Assembly: GCA_045837725.1 (NCBI GenBank)
Contig: JBEWZL010000003.1
Span: 186,001 to 250,000, forward strand
Reading direction: 5' to 3'
Length of the DNA stretch: 64,000 nucleotides
DNA from: Vermamoeba vermiformis
Lineage: Eukaryota
Below are positions 38,281 to 53,386 of this stretch, in pieces. The notes under the pieces are model-generated. The model made no database searches, was not told where the DNA came from, and worked only from the letters and a program-made list of their open reading frames with translations. Within the stretch, counting starts at the first letter, position 1, and each line of letters begins with the position of its first letter. A program made the translations under genes and the position numbers.

Positions 38281-41147
38281 ATGTCAAACGACAAAGACAC
38301 GATTAAACTTGCGGCAAAATCGGCACACACTCTCGCGGCTAGTCTATTAAAAAAAACAGATGGGGAAAAGTCAAACGTAAGACGATATCTGCAGCTTATT
38401 AACTTATAAAATACAATAATTAAATTATTTTGATAACCTAATAATTATTTAGATCGGTTCAAAAATTGTTCTGATTAAATTTTGATTTGTCCCTTCCTTT
38501 AGGCTGGATCGACCTCAAATTATACGAATATGAAGGACAATGACGTATTAATATCAGGCACTATACGCGCGTTCGATAATGAAGTATATTGATAATGACC
38601 ATTGGCGAGATTACAAAATTACTGTCACGGCGGATGGCGAAATTAGTGCAGAACAAGCCAAGTCTAAAGCGAGCGCGAAACCGCAAAAGAATTGCCCTAT
38701 AAAGGTAAATTATTTATAATGCTGTCTGATGGGCCTGGAATTGAATTATTTTTTGTAACTGCTCAGGAATTCCGGATCAAACCGTTTAGCAAAATTGCTC
38801 CTTCGCGTGTGGTCAATGCTCCAGGTGTTTTTAACCTCAATATTGATAACGAGACTAAATATAGTCCCGGAGATCTTTTGGCAACCCAAACAGCTGCGGT
38901 AAGTTTCGTTCGGATCCGTCTGATCAAAACCGATTCTTTACATCGAATTTGTGTAGCTCACTCTTATGTAATCATACTATAGGAAAGTGAGAAGTGGATT
39001 AATACGCTTAAGTACGCTCGCTGCTTAAAACTTCAAACGTTGCAACATCCGCATCCATTAAACGAAACCTCAAGCGTTTCATCCTGTCGGCTCTGCGATG
39101 TCAAAAACCGACAAGCGTGTACGTCTTAAATCTATTCTATATTATCGTGCATATTATAATTCAATTTAGCTACGGACGTAGCAGGCATGCAGTGTTTGTT
39201 TTGCCCAGAAAAACAACACGAGATCTGCAATTCGTGCTTCAATTTGATGAAAAACTTGCGCGATGACATGTTAATTATATCTCCTAATCATACACAACAT
39301 CAACTCATGGCCTTCAGCAAAGCAAGCGAGATCCATCCGTACGATCCGGCACAAAAAGTCACGTGCAGCCAATGCAACAAAATCTCCGAAGATACCATCT
39401 ATTATTGTCCGATATGCGACCACGTGGAGTGCTCGGACTGTGCAGTGCCAGCAAAGAAAAAATCAAATGCAGATCTGACGAATGACTCTATGCGCCTTGA
39501 GCCCCAGTTCATGAAACAATATATTTCACAAATAATGATGCCAATCACTTCAAGCTGTCGGTCAAAGAAAGTCAACGCACATCGTCGGATTTGGCAATCA
39601 AATCTAATCAAGCCTGGGACGTGTCAACCATTGACCTCGCACCGGTCCCCACCGCGTACTTTGAAGTGACATTTAACACGCTGAAAGACACTGAACTGGT
39701 CTCAGTTGGTGTTGCCAATCAGATATTTGTGCAAAACAAGCTGTTGGGTGATCAGCAAAACAGTTACGGATTTTTCAATAACGGTAAAGTAAGCTAGGGT
39801 TAGGGTTTGATTTTTGACTGGCCGAACAAATATTTTAACCAAATGACTAGGCTAGCATGAACTCTATAAATGATGCTGAAGATGGATATGCCAAATTTGG
39901 TAATGGTAAGCTGAACCACCGATGGTTGACTCCTGTCGCTTTCCACAAGAAATTGCTTCTGACTACTCTGTAGGCGACACTATTGGCGTTGGCATGCTTT
40001 ACGACAGTTTCAATCAACGCAAGTTATTTTTAACGAAGAACGGTCAAACGATCAGTAAGTTATCGAGCTCGCATATGACCTAATAAGGCAATTACTAAAA
40101 TGTTACAAGAAACCTTTTCAAAGAGTGTGCACAGAGGCATGGATTGTTTCCCAGCTGTATCGTTCACTCGTAAATCGGACGTCGAGTTTTCAGTGAACTT
40201 CGCTGGTCCGTTTAAATTCGATCTGGCCTCGATTCCCGACTACAGATCCGATCGATCGTGCAGACTCGGAGAACTGCCGCAAGAAATTATTGCAAAGTGC
40301 TTTTCTCACGCAGTGAAAACTCCCGCTCAAGTCAGCGAATGGCGAACAGTAAGTAGAACCAGAAACTGGTCATTTCCTTATTTGGAAAGTTGTTTCCAAC
40401 CCAAGTATTTTTAGATCTCGAAAGTGATTGGACAAGCCGTTGTTGAAAATACCGTTTGGAAGGCATTGTATATGATGGTATACCCGCATCAGAATCCGGA
40501 TCTGAAGATCAAAAATTGGCGCAACTTCTTCAAGAACAGATTTCAAGCGTGGAAAGAGAGGGCCAACACTTACGCAGAAAACTCTCAAATTGGTAAGAGC
40601 TTTGATTCTGTCGGAGATTGGACCGTGAAATTTCCTTTTTTTAATAAATATTTTTGTCTAACGAATTCATTTCTCATCAAAACCCTTAAATTAATTTTCA
40701 TGTCTTTATTTAACTGAATAATCATTAACTAATTCTTGAGCAGAAAATTGTGAGTTTGAATTCGAATGCCCAATGTTGTGGAACAATTTGTCACCTGGTC
40801 TTGCACCCGAACAAAAATTTTGCAACAAATGTCAAAAGACCGTGTACCAAGGTACCTATCATTTCCATTTTTGGAAAAAAGAGTGACATCTGTAAAATTT
40901 TTTCACAGATCCGGATCTAACCCAGTTTTTTTGCAAAGTGTACAGCGAAGATTCATTACACGAGGTTATATCGATGGGCAGATGTGTAGCGCTGTTTAAG
41001 TTATCCGAACTCGAAATAGATGACCGCGGCCTTCGTCCTCGCATGGGATCCGTTCGTCAACTTCCGCCAAAGAAAATTCCGCTTCCATTTGCCAGTAGTA
41101 CTACCAATTCAAGCACCCCGGCTTTGGACGATGACTTGTATGAATGA
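38281..41147 (+). CDS. Multidomain protein: PH-like, Cys/His zinc-binding, SPRY and F-box regions plus a C-terminal Cys module
   Basis: SEKWINTLK (PH-like end); CxxC clusters; AYFEV..VSVGVA, GDTIGVG, FPAVSF..VNF (SPRY); LPQEIIAKCFS (F-box). Confidence 0.7.
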
Positions 41148-41363
41148 GTAGCGTCCCACAAAAAAAACCTTTTTAACATCAGTAGTACCATAACCATACT
41201 GATAATCATAGGTATATACTGTGAGAAAGTGTTTTTTTTTTTTTTTTTTTTTTTGGGTTTTTTTTTTTTTTTTTTTAAATCGAGAAATTTGCAGTTTGCA
41301 CCGCGATACAAAAACCTGTCCACGGGCAAACCATTTTTAAGCAACAATGCAAAGAACTAACAC

Positions 41364-41618
41364 ATGACAGAATCAAGAATAATCGACCTATCAAATCTTT
41401 CCGGACTGGAGGTGGTCTTGTTAATCGCAGACGAACAAGCTTTGGACACTCTCGTTAGCACTAAGCAAGTTAGGGGAGTAAAACGGATAGCACAAGGAAA
41501 GCGAGGGATTACCATTACAGCGACATTGATGAATGTAAGCATTGCTGACCTCCAAGCAAACCCTTGTATTAAAAGGTACGACCTTAATAATTACAATAAA
41601 CCTGGTGCGTCCAATTAA
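41364..41618 (+). CDS. Small intronless hypothetical protein (84 aa)
   Basis: ATG-to-TAA ORF with globular-like composition in an intergenic gap. Confidence 0.4.
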   Translation: MTESRIIDLSNLSGLEVVLLIADEQALDTLVSTKQVRGVKRIAQGKRGITITATLMNVSIADLQANPCIKRYDLNNYNKPGASN

Positions 41619-41880
41619 TTAAGTTCCGTATCTCGGATTTTGGTTTCAATGATACAATGTTACATAGCTAGATGTGATTAGTAACCTAGAATATCAACAA
41701 AACTTTTAAAGTAAGCCTTTACACGCTGTTTCAATCGCGCTACCAAAATTTGCATCCCCTTGTATAAAACAGCCAAATAACCATCCAAGGGGAATAACAA
41801 AAGCAAGGATTGTATATATAAATTTGCGACGTAGAGTAAGCTAGGATTTGTGTCGATCAACTTACAAAGATTAGTATCGC

Positions 41881-41911
41881 ATACTTAGCGAATGCTTCTA
41901 AACAAATCGGA
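41881..41911 (-). repeat. 31-bp dispersed repeat, copy 1
   Basis: Reverse complement is identical to 61232-61262 (TCCGATTTGTTTAGAAGCATTCGCTAAGTAT). Confidence 0.85.
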
Positions 41912-41997
41912 CGAATATGATTGATTCAGATTTCCGCCCAATACAGACTTTGTCTCTTTAGACTATTACACCTAATTATATTTTATCGATCATTTAA

Positions 41998-43243
41998 TTA
42001 GTGTCCAACAAGAGTTCCATCGCTCAGGATTGGTTAACCAAAGCGAAAAATTTCTTAGCGAGCACGTGATTTCCGCACAAGACACCACCAGCCGCAGGAT
42101 TGACAGCAGTGTCAGATTCAATCATCGGATGCAACGCGACACCACCTGCTTCTTGCACGATGATTATGCCTGCTGCCACGTCCCAGCTGTGCACACCTTG
42201 AGGCTGATAAAAGATGTCATAGGTGCCTTTAGCGACATAACACCTAATGTAGTAATATTATATAGTAATATTAATGTGGGCTATATATGATAAGTTATTA
42301 TGGTGCGTAGTGTCGTACATGTCAAGAGCAGCAGATCCGGCCCTTCGAACTTCACGACAATTTTCGAGCATTTTTCTGAGTCCGTCAACTGTTTTATCGA
42401 GTGTTTTAGTGTCTCTGTTCACTGAAAATCCTGTGCCGATCAAAGCTTGCTAAATTCAAAGAAAAAAAAAATGGTCAGTAAGATCCAGACCAAAAATTAG
42501 TTTAGCGTTAAGTGCTTATCGTACTTTAAGATTTTCAGTATGTGAGACGTGAATAGGCTTGCCGTTCAAAAATGCGCCTTTGCCTTTTGCAGCTGAAAAC
42601 AGCTCGTTGATAATTGGATTGAAAACTACACCGACAACTGGAACTTTGTTGATTGCAAAGCCAATTGACACGCAGGTAAATGGAAATCTAAGCAAAATTA
42701 TTATTTAATTTTTGGATAAAATAATACGGATTTTTTTACCTGTGCACGAAGTTGGTCGTTCCATCAATCGCTAGAAATCAGATCTAAATTAGATCGCTCG
42801 AGCAAAATAACTGTTAATCGTATAATAACTTACGATCAATGAGCCAAGTGGGATTTTCAGTCAATTCTTCGCTGCCGTGAGTTGCTGAGACGGTCTAAAA
42901 AAATTATTAAATTTCAAAAAAAATAAAATTTAAATTGGAATTCGTACTTCTTCGCCGATAAATAAATGACTGGGATATTTGGCCTTAATAGCGTTCATCA
43001 AAAATTGCTCGGTTTTTTTATCGGTCTCTGTGACGAGATCCACGTCCAGTTTAAAGTCAACTTTCTTAGAGTCGTCATTATATCCTATTAAATATGATAT
43101 TTAGCATATTTGCATTAAAATACAGCCTAATAAACCGCGTTTTATTGAATAGCTTTGCTGCGTAAATTACCTGCACGAATAAGATCTCCGGCTTCAGCCG
43201 CTAATTTTAAAGCGAACTCGTAATATTCGGTGTAGTCAGCCAT
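41998..43243 (-). CDS. IMPA1: Inositol monophosphatase
   Basis: [43 protein letters not shown] motifs. Confidence 0.93.
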
Positions 43244-43424
43244 CGTTATATAGAGATTAATGCAAGTAGAAGTAATTTTTATTGACACAACCGCCAAAAA
43301 GAATTTTGAGATTTCGGCAACGTCACCAAGCAACGTTGATGGTCTGCGGAGAACTCTTAATTTCCCATAGGAAATAATATTAACATAATTAATAGTTTCG
43401 AGTAAAGGAATTCTATTGTTTATT

Positions 43425-46557
<3,133 letters not shown>

Positions 46558-46714
46558 AAATATTCGCTAACACCAATAATATAAATTTTTAACGTTCGTG
46601 GTTCAGAGTTCAACTCGAAATGACGATCGGAAATTTGTTCCAGCAAAGTGAACTCCTTCAAAAACGAAAAAGGTATGATTTATCGACACTCCAACGTACA
46701 ATTAAAACATTAAT

Positions 46715-49700
46715 CTATTTAGTTTTTGGAGTAGGATTTCTTTGAATAGCATCGTAGTTCGGCGAGTTAAATTGAGCGGGCATTTTTCTCTTTTCTTCAA
46801 GTTGAGCGAGAGCTGCTTGGGTCTTCGAGGGAACGCTCGGTGAGTGCTTGAAGAAGGCCTTATTTGACTTGCGCAAGAACTACAAATATAATTAGAACGT
46901 GCATCTGGATCAAGATCGTGGCTGACTTACCTTCATTAAATCAATTAACTTGTCGTATTCTTTGCCTTCATAAATCAGCACTGCAGTAGGCGGAACTTTC
47001 TTGCCGTCCTTAAAGCCACCAGGAATAACTTTACGCTGCACTTGGAAGTGGATGTAAGGCTTGTCACCTGCAGCATCGTAAAGCTCATTAGATTCGTTCA
47101 AAGAAAGATTACGGATCTCTCGACATTACCTGTTTTAGGCTTGATGGATCCAGAGTACTCTCGCTTAGACAAACGCATCAAGAACGTGCCTTTCTTTTCG
47201 TTTTGTAGTACTTGAATCGCTTCATCTCTGCTCAATTCACCAAAGAATCCACTGTAAAGATTAGAAATTGTTAGTATCACGCTAGTACGTAGCACAGTTA
47301 AGTCACGATTTTTTGCAATTAAGTCACGATTCTGAATTTTTGTCCAGTACGTGCTCTGCAGATTAGTCTCAAATTAACACTATCTTTGTACTTACGGAGT
47401 AGTGATAGTCTCATGCAACTGATTATAAATGATTGTCAGTAATTATGAACAGATCTGCATTTAAAAAAATAATTGTTACTCACGTTATCGAGGATTGTAA
47501 TGCCACGAGTCAAAGGACCGTAGTAAGCCAGTAAGTCTCCGAATGCTTCAATAGTGACGATCTGATTGTTAGTATTTGCTCCCAATAAGCAGATCTTCAA
47601 TGCTGCGAATTTCGGGTGGTTCTCAAAGTCACTCGGCAAGTGGATCTGTAAGTACGCGCTGAAGTCACCAACAAACTTCTTCCAAGGAATATCGAACTAA
47701 ATAAGGAAATGTTAGCTATACTAAGCTATTTTAAGAATGATCGTCGACTTACGCGGCCGCCGTATGTTTTCTTCCAGAATGATCGACCTTCCGTATCACG
47801 AATAATGTCTTCAATAATAATTTGACTGAGAATGTCATTCTCAACGATATAAGCAAAGCTAGGTCTGTCATCTGGCGCTTGGGCCCAGCAACTTTCAATC
47901 AACGTACGAAGCTTATCAGGTACATTGGGTGGCATAGGAGGTCGTTTGCCAGCAACTTTAACAGTCGAAATAAAATCTAATAGTGTTCATGTTAATATGG
48001 TACTGCATATTTCATAAATTATTATTAATTTAAGCGAGTTTTACCTTCGGGCTTTTTGAGTTGATCTTTCCACGGGTATTCGCCGCTCATCATTTCCCAA
48101 AGCACCAAACCGAACGAATAAATATCACTCTTTTCGTCACAAACTCCGTCGAACATTTCAGGAGCCTAAAATTAGACCACGTGTTTATATTAGATATCGG
48201 CAGATTTGCGGCAATTTAATTTTGTGTATTGCTGCTTACCATATAGTTAGGAGTACCACCAACACTTTGCACGTTGCCAAGAGGCTGGCTGAGACCAAAA
48301 TCGGCAATTTTAACCGAGTAGTTGGAAGTGAGCTGTAAATGGAGTTAGCAAAATAATAATTATTTTAATAGGTACATGTTGCAAATTAGCGAATAAATTT
48401 CGACAAATTACGTACCAATAAGTTACCAGGTTTCAAATCCAAATGGAGAATGCCTTCTTTATGCAACCAGTACATGCCTAGCGCAGTATCTCGTGCAATC
48501 AACATTTTTCTAAATTAAGTAAATGTATAAGTGTCACCGTATAACTCCGTCGTAATACGATAAATATGTGTCATAGGTAATAATAGTATGACAATTATAG
48601 TAGTATCTGTATATATTAATATTTTCAAATTACCGTTTAAAAGGAAGGCCACCATCCTTTCTAATTGCATGATACACACTGCCGTTTGGCATATATTCCA
48701 TAACTATAACAAATAATAGCATTAATCAGCATTTGTTGCAAAATAACCACGCGGGATCTGCAAAAGCGTGCGTATTTGACGCGTCAAATGTCATTTGTGT
48801 AATTAGATTGCGTGCTAATATATGCAACTTACCAATTGTAGGCTTGCTGCCTTCGAAGCATGCACCCAAAAATAGAAGTATATTTTCGTGTCTCAGCTTA
48901 CTTAAAAAGAATCAAATTAGTATAATTAAACATTTCGTATTGTTTGCAAAATAAGTAATTCGCGTTAAATAAGCTGTAAAAGTCGCAAATTTTAAACGTC
49001 ATCAAGAAGAGTAAAATAATTCGGGTATAAAATCAAATCAGAATCTTACGCTAAGATTGAGACTTCGTGTTTAAATTCATCAATTTGCTTTTGCGAGACA
49101 GAGTTGAGAACTTTAACTGCGACATCAGTACCACGGCATTTGCCCTATAATAATAAATATTAAATATTGGCTCAAAGTTTAAAAGACGAAGAATCTTTTT
49201 AAATTAAAAATTAACCTAAAAAATCTGTGTACCTTGTATACGACACCAAAAGCACCGGATCCTAATTTGCTGGTAGTATCATTATAGTTGACTTTGATTT
49301 CATCGGCCTTAATCTCCCATTTTCTGGCCAAGGAGTCGTCATCTGCATCTGGCTCTTCGCTGTCACTGTCCAAATTATTTCCTTTAAGATTAGGCTCGCG
49401 CATCGTAGATACCATGCCCAAGATAGAAAATGGTTTTCGTTTTTGAGCGACACCTAGTTAATTAAAGCATTAGCAAAGTCGTAAATTTTGTAACGGATTG
49501 AAATTCTGAAGGATAGCTGAAATTAATTAAAAAAATATCTGCTAGTAATTTATTATTACAGAATAGCTCTAATGAATATTAGCAAAATGGCGCGTAAATT
49601 GGGGTATATTTGATTTTTAAAAAAACGTCAAATCCACAACCTACCTTTTAAACGAGCCACTTGACGCATCATCAAGAGTTTGCGTTTGATTTGATATATT

Positions 49701-49870
49701 TTTTCAAAATATTCGGTCTCCTGCGAGCCAAGACGTTCAATTTCATCTCGATCCTTTGACTTTACGGTCGAAAGTTGGATTTCAAGGAGACCAAATTGAA
49801 TTTCGAGTTGCTCAAGGTCAGCGAGCAATTTATCTTCTTCATTGTCGAAGGTAACACCGTTCTTCTCCAT
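46715..49870 (-). CDS. TKL protein kinase with a C-terminal SH2 domain (Dictyostelium SHK-like)
   Basis: LGSGAFGVVY, HLDLKPGNLL, IADFGLS, GTPNYMAPE, DIYSFG, CWAQAPDDRPSF; SH2 GFFGELSRDEA..GTFLMRLS. Confidence 0.9.
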
Positions 49871-50141
49871 CGTGTTATCTTGTCGCAGGAGCTATTGCAA
49901 ATTGAAATTTTTCCTGTCTGTTCACTTTTGCCCAGCTCAATATTCTTTACCTAACCAATAATTAACACAACATGACCTTTAATTCAGCTTGGGTCTCCCG
50001 TTAGCCTACTAGCAATCTTGTTATTCTCACTTGGAAATTAGTCTCGAAGGTTCGGGACCGTTTGTGATAGACAAATATTATATTTCGGTCTTTACTACTT
50101 GCTAAAAACAAGCACTACCAGGCGTCACTAAAATATAGCAT

Positions 50142-51859
50142 ATGGAGGCGAAATACTCGCACGTGATTGATCTTAGGTCAGATACCGTTACCAAGCCAAC
50201 TGATGAAATGCGCGAAGCTATGAAGAACGCAGTCGTCGGAGATGACGTATTTGGTGACGATCCTACCGTTAAGGAGTTAGAGGCGAAGGCTGCAGCCTTG
50301 TTGGGCAAGGAAGCCGGATTATTTGTGACTTCAGGTAAAACCAACAAAACCTCTTCTTTAAAATTGGTGAAAATTTTTTAAATGAATATGGTCGTATTTT
50401 TCGGGTCTAAGCATCGAAGATACTTTCGATCCAAGGAAAATTAATAACGGTAACACCTTCATTTCTGTAGAAGCCACAATTAACCTGTATTATTATTTGC
50501 AGGAACTATGGGCAATCTATTGTGCGTGCTGACCCACTGCAACGGACGAGGTATGTCAATTGTTCTTTGCCAACGAACTGGGTAGTAAATCCGAGAAAAC
50601 ACGCATCAACAAGCGCTCGTGGCTCAAGTGGTAGAGTGTCTGGCTACGAACCAGGAGGCTGCGGGTTCAAGTCCCGTCGGGCGCAATTTCTTTTTTGCTT
50701 TTTACTTGCCAATACCCTTCTAATTAATCCTTCCGGTTCATATTGCTTTCCAGTTTACCGCGGGCTTATCGTTTTTTCTATCATTGTAGATCCAATGCCA
50801 CCAGTTTTTTTTTGGACCGTTCTTTCTTCCCTAACACTTTTTCTAGGTGAGGAGTTTATTGTTGGCGACCAGGCACACATCTACACTGCCGAACAAGGTG
50901 GTTCTGCGACAGTTGGAGGAGTGCACCCTCGTGTCGTGCCTACGAATCCGGATGCCACTCTCAGTCTCGATAGAGTTGAGGCTGCCATTTGCCCTGACGA
51001 CATCCACTGGCCGATTACTAAGCTTGTATGCATTGGTAAGTGCTTTGTTGATGTTAAAACCTTTTTGCGACCGCGACGGATCGAACTAATCCACCTGCAG
51101 AAAATTCACACAACAGATTGGGCGGTCGTGTTATTACACCGGAATACATCGACCAGCTCGGCGCCTTGTGCAAACGTCGCGGATTGGCGTTGCACATGGA
51201 CGGAGCTCGTTTGATGAACGCAGCCGCTGCTCTCGGAGTTCCTGCCTCGCGCATTGTTGCTGCATGTGACACAGTCAGCTTGTGCCTCTCAAAGGGCTTG
51301 GGCGCACCTATTGGCTCCGTTATTGTTGGTCCTAAAGATTTTATCACTCGTTGCCGCCGCTTGAGAAAGGCTCTTGGAGGAGGTAAGTTCCTGGTTTAAC
51401 AACCCTAGAATTACCTTAAAACCCATCCTAATACGTCTTTGTAGGCACGCGCCAAGTCGGAGTTCTTGCTGCACCTGCTCTTATTGCTTTAGAGAAGATG
51501 CCCGAAAAGTTAAAGTTGGATCACGAAAACGCGAAAAAATTCGCTAATGGTACGTTGGTTGATCAACTAATATCGCATTACTAATGGACTCGCTCGCATC
51601 AGGTATTCAACAATTCAAAGACGAAGGTGTTTCAGTGTCGTTGGATGAAGTTCAAACGAACATGGTCATCTTCCGCTACAACAGGAAGGACGTCACTGCC
51701 GCGGAATTTTGCAAACTGCTGTCACAAAAGAACGTGCATGTCCTTCCTTTCTCGTACGGTATTCGTGCAGCCTTCCATCATCAGATCCAATCGAGTGACG
51801 TCGACATTATGATTGAGCGAATGAAGGAATTGTTTTCCGAGCTTAATGCCAAGAAATAA
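50142..51859 (+). CDS. GLY1: Low-specificity L-threonine aldolase
   Basis: [48 protein letters not shown]. Confidence 0.93.
50613..50685 (+). tRNA. tRNA-Arg(ACG): tRNA-Arg(ACG), inside intron 50551-50846 of the threonine aldolase gene
   Basis: Acceptor GCGCTCG/CGGGCGC, anticodon arm TCTGG-CTACGAA-CCAGG, T arm GCGGG-TTCAAGT-CCCGT, T-run terminator downstream. Confidence 0.95.
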
Positions 51860-52064
51860 ACAGTAAGTTCTTTCGTATTATTTTTTTGGAGGTGCTGCAC
51901 CTCTTGGTACAGCTGGAGGGTTTCATTCCGAGATCTCGCCGAGTTCATTATAAAATTTCGAATCTTAAAGCAAGCCAAAACGTGACGAAATAAGATAACC
52001 TTTAAAGTCATTACTGCTCTTTTTCAAATTAACACGTAAGTCAAATCCACATCTCTCTCAAAAC

Positions 52065-53159
52065 ATGGACAACATCGCGAATAAGAATGCAGTCGTCACC
52101 GGCGCGAGCAGTGGCATCGGCAGGTCTGCGGCTATTGCTTTAGCTAAGGAAGGTTGCAATGTCGCTCTGTTGGCACGCAAGGAGGACAATCTAAAAGGCA
52201 AGATCGCTTGATCCAGAATTAGCTTGAGAGTAATACTTACCTCTCGATAGAAACTGCCAAGTTGTGTCAAAAAGAAAACCCGAAAGGAAAGTTTCCGGTT
52301 ATCCCTTGCGATCTCTCGGACCTAAAGGCGATCCCGGATGCCATCAAAAAAATTGGCCAGGAATTTGGCAATGTGGTGCATATTCTATGTAAGCAATGCA
52401 TTCAAATGCTAATTTTCCCTTTATTTTAAAGCTGTGTGATTGCAATTTGGTCGCGCGATCCTAAACAACGCGAATTCTAATTGTTGTACTGTTAAACAGG
52501 CAACATCTCCGGAAAGGGTTCGCAATCTACTATACCTGAAGGCTCCATCGAGGATTGGGACAAGACAATCTTATTGAATTCCATGGCTCCGATCCACGTC
52601 ACAAAATTGCTGTTCCCTATGATGAAGGACAATGGATGGGGTGTAATCATTAACTTAGTATCAATTGCCGGCATGGTAAGCATACTATCACAAAATGAAC
52701 AACATAGCATGGAATTAATACCTGTTGCAATAGGAATTTTTCAAGGGATCTGCCGCTTACTGTGCTTCAAAGCACTGCGCGCGTGCCTTCTCGAATACGT
52801 TATTCGAAGATATAAGACACCTCAATATCAAAGTGTGCACTATCAATCCTGGGTAAGATCGACGTGCGACCTTCATTTTTGTTGTCGGATGTACCTCGCT
52901 AGATCTAACAATCTTATTTAGATATGTAAACACACCTTTATTAGATGACAAGCCAGAATTGGATCGTAATAAGATGATTCAACCCGAAGACATTGCTCAG
53001 ACAATCTTATTTGTTTGCAAGGTGAGTTTAAAAATTTGCTCGACGAATTCGTGCCTAAAGTTAAGGTATCATATTAATGCTTTCATATAGTTCCCTCAAA
53101 CTGGATGCCCTACTGAGATCGTTATTAAACCTCAGCTGACTCCCAAGCAGCAGGCGTAG
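52065..53159 (+). CDS. Short-chain dehydrogenase/reductase
   Basis: VVTGASSGIG, INLVSIAG, YCASK, INPGYVNT; the first intron requires a GC donor. Confidence 0.9.
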
Positions 53160-53386
53160 GACAGATCGCGTTGTCGTTAATCCAAAGTTATTTAATTTGA
53201 CGTGGCTAGCCCGCTGGAGTATGCCTCCGCTAATTTGTATCGAATTGTAAATAGCCAAATTTCATTGTTAGAACAGAAACGTGTGCAGGTGTGAAAGTGT
53301 GTTCCGCTAGTTTCGCCGTTACCATTTCTCTACCATAATTTGTTAAATTACCACGAGTATAACTTTCGTTATTTATTAACTGAACA

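Noticed and set aside
39795-39808. TAGGGTTAGGGTT telomere-like repeat
   Set aside because: Only two units, inside an intron; compatible with chance
41230-41280. Poly-T tract and poly-Lys ORF 41057-41347
   Set aside because: The ORF is a by-product of homopolymers
47298-47331. Direct repeat TTAAGTCACGATT x2 in a kinase intron
   Set aside because: Isolated local micro-duplication with no further copies seen
50522-51214. 230-aa ORF in the ORF track
   Set aside because: Read-through of the tRNA-containing intron into a threonine aldolase exon; not a separate gene
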